From NCBI GenBank assembly GCA_030426955.1, contig JAUHXS010000012.1:16629-80628 (forward strand): a stretch of 64,000 nt of DNA. The letters run 5' to 3'. Shown piece after piece: positions 47,801 through 55,868 of this stretch. The translations under genes and the position numbers were made by a program. Every line of letters begins with the position of its first letter. The stretch's first letter is position 1. Source of the stretch: Bacteroidia bacterium. GTDB taxonomy: Bacteria > Bacteroidota > Bacteroidia > Chitinophagales > JAUHXS01. Under the pieces are notes generated by a model that made no database searches, was not told the DNA's origin, and worked only from the letters and a program-made list of their open reading frames with translations.

Positions 47801-50174
47801 AAGTTGTTGTTCGATCAAGTTTTGCTTCATGTCCATTACAATAGATACTTTCTAAATCCAGATACGCTTCATCTTCTTGTTTATTTGAAATGGGAACTTT
47901 AAAGGTATACTTGTTCTCCTCTTTTATTGTTTCTCCTTTTATCTGTGTAATAGCGTAGCCTAAAATATAACTATCTTTAATTTCATCTTTCACTATTTCT
48001 AACTTCAACTTGGTAAGCGTACCATGACATTCGGTGTAGTTGACATCATATTTCCCAATACCCTGATAGTTTGTTTCTGCTGAGCAATTTAATCCCTCCC
48101 CATCTATCCAACCTGTTGCATTTGAGTTAAACTCTGGTTGAATCAGTTTATTATAACTCAACTTTCCGCCAAATTCAACATCCTTTTGATGGTTGATCTT
48201 AAATGACTCGAAGTAAACACCTTTCCAATCATTTTGGGTGACAAATTGCCCAGGAGATTTTTTTGAGCTAAAGTCTATAATAGCATTTTTAGGGGCAATG
48301 GTAATAGATTTATAATATCCCACTGAATAAGGAGTGTTAAGAATGTTTTCTGTTATATATTCAAACTGATCTGCTTTTGTAAAGTTTGTTATATAATCTT
48401 TTGTGATTGCTTGACCACTCATTTCAACCGAAACTTCATTATCGCTAATGACATAAGCAGCATTTTCTAAAACTTTTAGCTTGATGTTTTCGGCAATATC
48501 TAAGTCGATGTTTTCTCCTAATAATACTTGCCCATTCAATTTATAGCTATTAAAATCGACCCACTGATCTTTTGTTTGCAATACAAATGAAGTGTCTCCA
48601 TTAGCTTGATCTAATGAAAACTCATTCTTGATATAGCCTTGGAGTTCTAACCCCGATTTATTTAATCTGGCTTGTTTTACACTAAATTTTAAATCAGATG
48701 GGTTTCCATTCTCTATTAAATTGATGGTTTTATTTCTAAACGGATAAAGAATTTCACCACCTTCTAAAACCATTTTTCCAGCAACGTTTTTAATGTTCAA
48801 GGCATTAAAATCTACTAAGTATTCAGCGGTATCTTCAAATATTTTAAGCTTTCCTTGTCCTGTATAGTTTTTTAAATCTGGATTTGTGATGTCTGAAATT
48901 GCTATAATATGATCTCCCGCATAAATACTGGCTGTTCCAGCAGTAAAAGTTCTTACCGCGCTTTTAGCAATAGGTGTTTCGTATACAATGGCACTCACTT
49001 CCCAAGCATATTGCTTACCTTCTTCTAAAGGTTTTTCCAAAGCAAACTCATATCCAAAAGCATGCGGAATTTCTTCAAAGGTTTCCTCATAGAAAGGCGT
49101 ATTGTATGCAATAGCATCTGTACCTGATTGATTAACTTGTTGCTCTACTATTTTTACACTGTAATTAATTGGCTCACCCATTGGAGCATTGTCAGGACCT
49201 TGCCACTTGAATATTGGTGTGCCGATTGCAACAAACGATTTATCTTTAGGCTTGGCCAATGGAATGTTGCCTCCTTTTAAGTCTACTCCGTAGTTAAACC
49301 AGCAAACTTCATTTAATCCATCATTCTCAAATATTGAAACGCCGTTTGCATCACTGGCTTTTATTCTGTAAGCATAGGTTTCGCCTATTTCTAACTGAAT
49401 TTGCTCTGGTCCATAGTAAAAAGATGTACCTAATGAAAGCTCATCATCTAATAAAGGTGTATTGGCACTATTGATAGCATCATTAGGGTTAATTTGTTCT
49501 GGAACTTGCACTAATGTGATTTCATAATTAGTCTGAATAGCTAAGCTAGCATAAGGTTGCCATTGAAATAAAATGTTTTGAGAACTGCGTGCAGGAACAG
49601 TTGAACCACAAGCAGGATAAATTGAAATTGGAGGATTGTTTTTGACAAACAGTGCAGATCCACAGGCTGGAGCTGCTAACGCAAGCCCTGTATTATAATC
49701 TAGAGCCTCTATGCAAATCGTATAAAACCCTTCTGGCAATGAACCTGATTGCAATAAATCTTGCTTGTTGATGCCACTTGCATTTAGGTTATTGTAGTTT
49801 AAGTAAGGGGTTAGAATGTTTCCACCTATTTCATTTGAACCTGGAAATAAGTTGATTGGATTGGGACGATAGTTTTCAGGCGTTTCAAGAAAAACTTGGT
49901 TGTTACTAATGGTGATTTTTAATCGAACATCGGTAGAAGGTTCATTAAAATCGTTAAAAACTAGGTTTACTTTAAACCTTTCAAATCCAGATACAACGTT
50001 ATTGCTTAAATATACCGAATAGGGTGGTGTGATCGAAAAGTTGGTGGTGACAGGGTAAATGGTCTGTGCCAGACAGTTTAAAGTTATTAGTTTGAAGTTT
50101 AAAGTTATTAGTATCAGTAACAACCTTAAATTTCTAACTTCAAACCTCAAACCAATATGTTTTTTAATTTTCAA
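44808..50174 (-). CDS. Giant secreted protein (1788 aa) with Cys-rich C-terminal tail; no recognisable named domains
   Basis: Signal peptide; 5.4-kb uninterrupted ORF; C-terminal ...PPVCWFTCTRRSWKCAGCCSWGTDCNYP... carries 9 Cys in about 30 aa. Confidence 0.5.
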   Translation of the reverse strand: MKIKKHIGLRFEVRNLRLLLILITLNFKLITLNCLAQTIYPVTTNFSITPPYSVYLSNNVVSGFERFKVNLVFNDFNEPSTDVRLKITISNNQVFLETPENYRPNPINLFPGSNEIGGNILTPYLNYNNLNASGINKQDLLQSGSLPEGFYTICIEALDYNTGLALAAPACGSALFVKNNPPISIYPACGSTVPARSSQNILFQWQPYASLAIQTNYEITLVQVPEQINPNDAINSANTPLLDDELSLGTSFYYGPEQIQLEIGETYAYRIKASDANGVSIFENDGLNEVCWFNYGVDLKGGNIPLAKPKDKSFVAIGTPIFKWQGPDNAPMGEPINYSVKIVEQQVNQSGTDAIAYNTPFYEETFEEIPHAFGYEFALEKPLEEGKQYAWEVSAIVYETPIAKSAVRTFTAGTASIYAGDHIIAISDITNPDLKNYTGQGKLKIFEDTAEYLVDFNALNIKNVAGKMVLEGGEILYPFRNKTINLIENGNPSDLKFSVKQARLNKSGLELQGYIKNEFSLDQANGDTSFVLQTKDQWVDFNSYKLNGQVLLGENIDLDIAENIKLKVLENAAYVISDNEVSVEMSGQAITKDYITNFTKADQFEYITENILNTPYSVGYYKSITIAPKNAIIDFSSKKSPGQFVTQNDWKGVYFESFKINHQKDVEFGGKLSYNKLIQPEFNSNATGWIDGEGLNCSAETNYQGIGKYDVNYTECHGTLTKLKLEIVKDEIKDSYILGYAITQIKGETIKEENKYTFKVPISNKQEDEAYLDLESIYCNGHEAKLDRTTTYIKFEDGKYVFDGGTASVKVFKEGDELYVGECRSVALENHDQMNSGTVRGTLKEKYIELDNEDQGYTEFIPGFFRLYNARGLELHGRVWWSFPIAIKDSSAIASSKTVWFDFNNKKITGKVEWYSHINKTYELVDPLDYTVKLDGNYCYYDIKDSKVKLNFGGSIFLPEKIKTADGRRMELRFRNADKVTYIKTDQSVLTGLSNTFRPADQTDISITPQICEAYFADDSPLKDNIKGVKLTTYALNLGEKLDSKGRFVFSHQGHAINPQFPSEDEKTKMESTLYLTASGFQGNVTYKNLKERELNNRRMRLHEFLTWFTDLSVTFEDNIVSEGVANGYIPLRVMNNKPIRYQVPLTNYGFQPASLIDLDDGSGMIVYDEDKTYRNSTLTIKKGEFKSTDKLRTTIDLDFDEYGLKVRNMPGFDIWSDGEVGFYDQRDQQADLEEPIDGKLLDLFDLTIDRITASRINNVYRIGFNAIINMAENLSGYYLEVGPSGAKEIKNGPTRISVVSLSGNDPKFTSERGFSRMGVNFDVILAQAAAEGQFYVNDPEWGTCFKAYGLLGMMLPVDFYANAKFILGKKDGYSYWFAQAGLDVETPTGTATGDIGPTQKIKNKYANKMNKEKGAKPVKKVKEFLQGKVVKNELTRLGIPFGPMRILGGEIRVYHHMRHDFGNAIMNERYSIDQNTENVGPDITNAAYIPDGGVEGGAYLRLTMVDGYTMGFDHLIEGAIEVNGLQGGINEVAMDIKWGIKNYYLPAFGYISTLRGKGKFYYNRPDRRFFTSLQLESGTPNLCVDAIGVFTSDPYGFRLTLGSFERRILVKPGCFGFSPTGWLDVTQNYFELGLGIDLGAYFYAPWIDIGIVKVKPYAYAYLAGGGAGKAVFSPGFNIPTLYFWADASAGISCKYKYPDIPLPPVCWFTCTRRSWKCAGCCSWGTDCNYPKITGASGTWSLASARLTGNLGLRKLDSSPEMFGTLNGYVTVVGQGVSFGLEVDQKLY

Positions 50175-50183
50175 ACCTTCTAA

Positions 50184-51845
50184 TCAAAAAGAATAACGAT
50201 AGTTAACTGTGCCTCTCACTTCACTAAAATTTTGTGTATCACTTTTTCTATTTACATAAGTAGTATTGAAGCTAATATTATGTTTTTTGTAAAACTTATA
50301 GCCAACAGATAGTCTTGCAGTGTAGGTATACCCATCAGCATTTCCGCTTGTAGTTCTTAATAAATAAGAGTTAAACAAACCTACTTTAATTTTCTTTTCA
50401 AACAAGTCCTTTCCAATTCCTACTGTTGGACCAATGTTGGTTAAATCCAAGACATCTGATTGCATCTTATTATAGTTTCCTGCCAAAGTCCACGTCAAAC
50501 CGATTGGGTGTATATTGTATCGGTAACTCAGAATGGTGTTTTGAAAAGTTGTGATTTGTTCGCTAATTCGATACTCATCTCTCGCATTGGCAACTTGGAA
50601 ACCTGTATTTAGAGAAAGGCTTTGTTTATGTTCTTTCGAACCAAAGGAGTAGTTTGCATTAAAGTTAGCATTTGTAGATACTTGGTAAAAATTCAATGAA
50701 TCTGTTACATCATCTCTAATTGCTTGTATGGAGGAAGAAAAGTTAGAAAATGCTAATCCTAAGTTAAGTTGTTGAGTCACTAAGTAATTAATGTTTGCCG
50801 AGCCTATTAGTCGAGTCGTTTTACTAGCCTCAGTGTTTTTTAAGTTATTGTGCTGAAAACCAATAGCACCGTTTATATTCATTTTCTTTTTTAACATCTG
50901 CCACCCTGCGCTCAATGTGATATCCTCCAAATCATTGTTGAAGAAATAAGCCCCCATTGTTTTATAATCTCCTTCTACTCTTTTATACATCAATTTCAAT
51001 TGATATCCTTCTCCTTGATATCCTAATCCTGACTGAATAGCATTATTATAGGAGGTAGTTGTTCTAGCAGTATACAAACCGCTCGTGGCTGAATAAATAC
51101 CATTCGGGTTTTCCGTTATCTCAGAATTGATATCATCTGAATAAGCACTCTTTGCAAATTCTAACTCAAAGCTCAATTTTTTAGTCAGCATTTTCTTTCC
51201 ATTGAAGCCCAAAACTAGATTTTCCGCTGGAGTAATACCTAAACTTGAGTCCTCATTTACTATAGAATTCACGTCGTCTTTCGCTTTAAATAGGATAAGA
51301 TCGATGAAGTTGTTATCATCTCCATATCCAAGTTTTAGTCCATAGCCTAGCCTTTTATAAGAGGCCGACTCTCCTAAAAGGTTGTTTGCTTCAACAGCTC
51401 TTCTGAATCTACCGTAAACAAAAGCAAATCGATATTTCTCAGGTGTTAGTTCAACTCCCGCACCTAAAAAGGTATGCCCTGCAAGGGTATGTGGGGAAAA
51501 AGTAACATTTCGATATCCAGCATGAACCTTAATCCATTTATAATATGGACTTGCTCCAAACTGATTAAAAGGTTGGCGAAAATCTGTGTTTTGATTAGTG
51601 AAGTAAGCGCTAAAAGGCACTTGAATGCCATAAAAGCTCATATTTAGATTGGCATTAGCAGACCAGTTATAAGGATCACGTCGATCTTCTATTCCAGAAG
51701 CGGTATATCCAGATAGAGAACCACCAATTGATCCATTGATTTTAAAGGGCTCGGCTTTAGCGACACTTTCTAAGTCTTGTGCCTTTAGATGTCCCGTCGA
51801 AACGACTATTAAAATGAGTAATACTAACCTTGATTGGTGCACCAA
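50184..51845 (-). CDS. Outer-membrane beta-barrel protein (553 aa)
   Basis: Signal peptide; amphipathic beta-strand periodicity throughout; C-terminal ...GTVNYRYSF with terminal Phe, typical of an OMP signature. Confidence 0.5.
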   Translation of the reverse strand: MVHQSRLVLLILIVVSTGHLKAQDLESVAKAEPFKINGSIGGSLSGYTASGIEDRRDPYNWSANANLNMSFYGIQVPFSAYFTNQNTDFRQPFNQFGASPYYKWIKVHAGYRNVTFSPHTLAGHTFLGAGVELTPEKYRFAFVYGRFRRAVEANNLLGESASYKRLGYGLKLGYGDDNNFIDLILFKAKDDVNSIVNEDSSLGITPAENLVLGFNGKKMLTKKLSFELEFAKSAYSDDINSEITENPNGIYSATSGLYTARTTTSYNNAIQSGLGYQGEGYQLKLMYKRVEGDYKTMGAYFFNNDLEDITLSAGWQMLKKKMNINGAIGFQHNNLKNTEASKTTRLIGSANINYLVTQQLNLGLAFSNFSSSIQAIRDDVTDSLNFYQVSTNANFNANYSFGSKEHKQSLSLNTGFQVANARDEYRISEQITTFQNTILSYRYNIHPIGLTWTLAGNYNKMQSDVLDLTNIGPTVGIGKDLFEKKIKVGLFNSYLLRTTSGNADGYTYTARLSVGYKFYKKHNISFNTTYVNRKSDTQNFSEVRGTVNYRYSF

Positions 51846-51869
51846 ATGGATGGTTTACATAAGAAAAAG

Positions 51870-51877
51870 CAAATATA
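51870..51877 (-). promoter_or_regulatory. Candidate Bacteroidota -7 promoter element (TAtaTTTG) upstream of the beta-barrel gene
   Basis: The minus-strand sequence TATATTTG matches the Bacteroidetes sigma-A -7 consensus TAnnTTTG, about 25 nt upstream of the ATG at 51845. The -33 TTTG lies at a non-ideal spacing. Confidence 0.25.
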
Positions 51878-51970
51878 CATTCAATCTTAGGTCAAACCTA
51901 AATTTTTGGGATAAATGACACTTGAAGTATTAAATAGCTAAGCCAAAGGTACTTTTGAAATAACAATTGT

Positions 51971-52384
51971 TTACAGCTTAAACTGCAATTCCACCTTACT
52001 GCCATTATCAGAGAAAGAGATCAGGTCAGAAAGCTGAGTCATTAAGAAGACACCACGACCGTTAGGTTTGTCTAGATTTTCTTCTTTAGTTGGATCAGGT
52101 AAATTGTTGTAATCAAAACCTGGGCCTTCATCTTCCACAAAAAAAGTTAAAGCTTTGTCTTCCTTTTGGTGGCTAATTTTAACTTGTTTGCTTTCATCAG
52201 CCTGATTGCCGTGCATAATAGCATTATTAACCGCTTCTGTCATTACAACCAGCATATTGCTATATATCTCGTCAGAAATATCATACTCATCTTTGAGCTC
52301 ATCAATCAATGGTTCTATCCTAGTTATATTTTTAGGATTAGATTTTAAAACGAGTTCAGCATCTTTTAGCAAACTGCCCATCAC
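51971..52384 (-). CDS. HATPase_c-type anti-sigma regulatory factor-like Ser kinase (RsbW/SpoIIAB-like)
   Basis: 137 aa; ...EAVNNAIMHGN... N-box and ...DEGPGF... G1-box of the GHKL ATPase fold. Confidence 0.55.
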   Translation of the reverse strand: MMGSLLKDAELVLKSNPKNITRIEPLIDELKDEYDISDEIYSNMLVVMTEAVNNAIMHGNQADESKQVKISHQKEDKALTFFVEDEGPGFDYNNLPDPTKEENLDKPNGRGVFLMTQLSDLISFSDNGSKVELQFKL

Positions 52385-52396
52385 ACTAATTTAACA

Positions 52397-55300
52397 TTAA
52401 AAAGTAATTTCCTTAAAATAGTCTTCTACTAAATTTTTGTAAAAAGGTTTCAAATTTGGTGGTAAAGTTTTATATAAATCTATTTCAGCTTGTCTTTTTT
52501 TGAGGTATTCCTCAATTTCAGGAGGTGTTTTCTTTTCAATTTCTTGAGCTGTATTCGATTTTCTTTCCTGATCCAGTTCTCTTTCTCGTTCTGCATCTTC
52601 AGCTTCCAATAATCTTGTCATAATATCTTCTTGACGACGCATAATTTCTTTAGATAATCTTTTGTTTACCAAATCCTCTTCTGTTTTTTCCATCTCATCG
52701 ATGAGTTTGCCTAAATCGCCGTAAGCGTCTTTACCCTCTTTTCCACTTTTGCTGTTCAGCTCTTCTAGTGCTTGTCGTATTTGAGCTTGTTGCTGTGCCA
52801 TTTTAGCGAACTCTCTGCTCATGCCTGATTTGCCCCCAGGTTTGCCCTCCTTCATCATTTTTTGTAAATCTCCGATTTGTTGGTTGAGTTGTTTCTGCAA
52901 ATCGCCCATCTTCGACATCTTGCCACTTTTCCCGCTTTTGCTTCCGCCAGGGTTCTGACAATTTTGGCTTCCCTGCATATTGCTTGCCATTTGTTCTTGC
53001 ATAGATTGCATGACCTCGCTCATCATTAATGCAAGATTATTTAATGAGGTCATTGCGTATTGTTGCCTTATGCTCGCATTTCTAGTATTTCTCGCCTCTA
53101 AGTAATCGATGCTTTCCTCAACTTCCTTAGAAAGCTTATTGACCTCTTTGGTTACAAAAGATTCAATCTGAAAAACTTTCTTTGCAAGTGAAAGTAGACT
53201 GTCTTTAACCATATTAGATTCATCTTTAAGTTTATATTGATCTTGAATAAGTGTAACGTACTCAGGACTTTTTTGGCTGGTGGTATTTAGTCTTGCTATC
53301 AAGTCTTCCTGATCGAATGAAAGCTGGATTAAGTTTTCTAAAATCTGTCTCACTGCCTCAAGGTTTAGAGCAGTCTCTTGAGATTGCATCTGCTGTTGCA
53401 TGCCTTCTAATTGCTGTGCTAAATCCCCCATTTTTTCGGAAGATTGTTTTTGTTGTTCAGATGCTTTCTTAGACTTGTTATCTTGTAAGCTTTCCTTTGA
53501 TTCTTGCATACTTTTTTTGATGTCTTCTACTTTGGGTTTTGTATCATCAATAGACTGATCTGTTTTATTGCCTGTTTTCTCCTCCAACGATTCTTGCTTT
53601 TTGTTTAGATCGTCAAGTTTTTTTTCTAAATCATCGAATTGTTGAGTAATCTCTTCTTGCTTTTCTTGTAATTGTTCAGGAGACTCTTGCTTATCTTCGG
53701 TTTCTTTACTCAACTCTTCTTGCTTTTGAGAAAGTTCTTTGAGATCATCAATGGTCTCCTGCAAGTCTTGCTCAAACTCCAACTTTTCAAATAATGCCAA
53801 CATCTGGTCTAAATTCTGCTCCATCTCCTCATTGTTCGTTTCAAATTCTTCTAGTTTTTCAATAGCATTTTCATTATTTAACTTTTCTAAAAGATCAGAG
53901 AGCTTATCCATCAGCTCTTTGACTTCATCAGACATAGTTTCCTCTAATAACTTCTGTAGCTTATCGTATTTCTGTAAAACCTTTTCGTCAAACTGTTTAA
54001 ACTTTTGTTGCTGTGATAAATTCTCCTTAAAGTTTTCCTGAATGGATTCTACCATATTTTGCAGATCCTTTTGTTTTTCTATGACACTTTTTATCTGATT
54101 CTTATCTTGCCAATCTAGATTCTTTTTCTGAAGAAGATTTTCTTGAATTTGTTTTATTTCCTCCCTCATTTTCTTCGCTTCATCAATTGTTTCACTTAAA
54201 TCATCTTTTAGCTCATCATCTTTTTGGTCTGCTAGTCTTTGCATTTCATTTTTGTCGGGAAGTGATAAAGTCAGTAACCCTGAGCGAGTGTACTTGCTAC
54301 CATTAATAGCATCATTATCCCACACTTCAAAGTAATATGAAACTTCATCTCCAGGCTGAATATTAAGGTCTTTAAAGTTTTTATAATGTGTAAATATTTG
54401 ATAAGTGCTTCCTTTTTGAATGTCAATTTTTTCAGATATAAAGCTTGTCTCTGTTTGATCTTGTTTATCAATTTTATATTTAAAAAACAGATTCTTCAGA
54501 CCATAATCGTCAGAGATATCTCCTAAAAAGTATAAGTAAGTTAAGTCAGTCGAATCAACCTTAGGATCAACTTTTATAGATGGATATAAATCAGGTATTG
54601 TATTAATTGTATACTGAATGGAGTCGCCTACAGGCACCTCTGTTCCTTCTGTATAGATGGTGTAAAGTTGGTTAGAAAGAATTTTTCTGTTGATCTCAAA
54701 TCTTTCTTCTTGTTTGTTGTTGGCAATGAGACGTTTGTTGTCGTCAAACTTGAGACTTATGCTACGGACACTCTTTCCTTCAAAATTCCAAGACACCTTT
54801 GTACCAACGGGGATGTAGAGGTCACCAGTATTCTTTAATACGTCATTCTTTTTATTGATATAACTAGGATAGTTTAGCTGTACTTCAAAGCTAGAAATCA
54901 GAGGCTTTTTTAACATGTTGATTTGATATCGTTTGGAATAGTGCCCCAATGCTTCAACTTGAAAACTCAAGTCACTTTGAACATTCTTGAGTTTGTGACT
55001 AAATGAACTGAGATCTGATTTTGACATTTTCACTTTCTTTCCATCAATGATTAGAGAAGCATTATTCGGAATGGCTGTTCCTTCGAGTTTTATCAGAATA
55101 TCAAGATCATCAAATTGCACCACATCAAGTGATGAGTTTAGCAATTTAAATTGAAATGGAGCTGCTTTTTCAAACGCTGTATTATTTTGAATAATTCTAT
55201 TAGTACCATCCTTGATAATGTCAGGAGAAATGAAGAGAATTAATAAAATAGTCAAAAGAGGCGGAATGGCATATTTGAGATACTTTTTATTATCACCAAG

Positions 55301-55756
55301 GTCAATGGCACTGCTGAAATTGATATGTCCTATTTCTTGTGTTTTTTGCTCAATACCAGCGATCAAAAGATCATTGGATTGACCGATAGCCTGGTCGTTT
55401 TTTAATTGAAGAATATTAAGCAATTTGTCTTTTATCTCTGAAAAGTGTTCGCCGATTACTTTTGCTGCTTGGGCGTAAGATAAGTGTTGTCCAATCTGAT
55501 AATATTTAAATGTCGGTATGGCAATTAAATTATAACAAAACCATAGGGCTGTCCCGATAAAGCCATAGAACAAAATTTTCCGGGTAAGTGTATTGAAATA
55601 AAAATAATACTCCAACAAATCAATTGCCAAAAATAAACCCAGTATCAACCCAATGGATATAAGGCTGCCTTTAATAAGTTTATTCAAATAGTACTTTCGT
55701 ATAAACTTATCAAGCTTTTGAAGTAATTGGCTATGATTGTTTTGGGTAGTATTCAC
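52397..55756 (-). CDS. Large membrane protein (1119 aa): two N-terminal TM helices, a central beta-rich region and a ~550-aa E/K/Q-rich coiled-coil C-terminal half
   Basis: Hydrophobic segments at about aa 30-50 and 60-80; the C-terminal half is low-complexity coiled coil (…QEELSKETEDKQESPEQLQEKQEEITQQFDDLEKKLDDL…). Resembles Bacteroidota DUF4175-type proteins by recollection. Confidence 0.45.
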   Translation of the reverse strand: MNTTQNNHSQLLQKLDKFIRKYYLNKLIKGSLISIGLILGLFLAIDLLEYYFYFNTLTRKILFYGFIGTALWFCYNLIAIPTFKYYQIGQHLSYAQAAKVIGEHFSEIKDKLLNILQLKNDQAIGQSNDLLIAGIEQKTQEIGHINFSSAIDLGDNKKYLKYAIPPLLTILLILFISPDIIKDGTNRIIQNNTAFEKAAPFQFKLLNSSLDVVQFDDLDILIKLEGTAIPNNASLIIDGKKVKMSKSDLSSFSHKLKNVQSDLSFQVEALGHYSKRYQINMLKKPLISSFEVQLNYPSYINKKNDVLKNTGDLYIPVGTKVSWNFEGKSVRSISLKFDDNKRLIANNKQEERFEINRKILSNQLYTIYTEGTEVPVGDSIQYTINTIPDLYPSIKVDPKVDSTDLTYLYFLGDISDDYGLKNLFFKYKIDKQDQTETSFISEKIDIQKGSTYQIFTHYKNFKDLNIQPGDEVSYYFEVWDNDAINGSKYTRSGLLTLSLPDKNEMQRLADQKDDELKDDLSETIDEAKKMREEIKQIQENLLQKKNLDWQDKNQIKSVIEKQKDLQNMVESIQENFKENLSQQQKFKQFDEKVLQKYDKLQKLLEETMSDEVKELMDKLSDLLEKLNNENAIEKLEEFETNNEEMEQNLDQMLALFEKLEFEQDLQETIDDLKELSQKQEELSKETEDKQESPEQLQEKQEEITQQFDDLEKKLDDLNKKQESLEEKTGNKTDQSIDDTKPKVEDIKKSMQESKESLQDNKSKKASEQQKQSSEKMGDLAQQLEGMQQQMQSQETALNLEAVRQILENLIQLSFDQEDLIARLNTTSQKSPEYVTLIQDQYKLKDESNMVKDSLLSLAKKVFQIESFVTKEVNKLSKEVEESIDYLEARNTRNASIRQQYAMTSLNNLALMMSEVMQSMQEQMASNMQGSQNCQNPGGSKSGKSGKMSKMGDLQKQLNQQIGDLQKMMKEGKPGGKSGMSREFAKMAQQQAQIRQALEELNSKSGKEGKDAYGDLGKLIDEMEKTEEDLVNKRLSKEIMRRQEDIMTRLLEAEDAERERELDQERKSNTAQEIEKKTPPEIEEYLKKRQAEIDLYKTLPPNLKPFYKNLVEDYFKEITF

Positions 55757-55819
55757 TTTTGTAATATCTGTCTACTAATATAACACTCAAAAAGCCTTAT
55801 TTAGTGCCCTATACAGATA

Positions 55820-55850
55820 AAAAAAGCGTTTCATTTGAAACGCTTTTCCA
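55820..55850 (-). terminator. Rho-independent terminator after the substrate-binding-protein gene; it insulates the downstream block
   Basis: Hairpin gcgtttcatttgaaacgc with flanking A/T runs, 19 nt downstream of the 55869 stop and upstream of the 55756 start. Confidence 0.6.
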
Positions 55851-55868
55851 TCTTTTTTTTTGCCATTC

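Noticed and set aside
38552-55756. Interpretation of the large block as a prophage, integrative element or conjugative element
   Set aside because: No integrase, transposase, relaxase, tail sheath/tube, portal or terminase-like genes flank it, and no direct repeats were seen at its ends. Only one gene family in it is tail-fibre-like and the rest are envelope proteins, so a chromosomal surface-apparatus operon is the more parsimonious reading.
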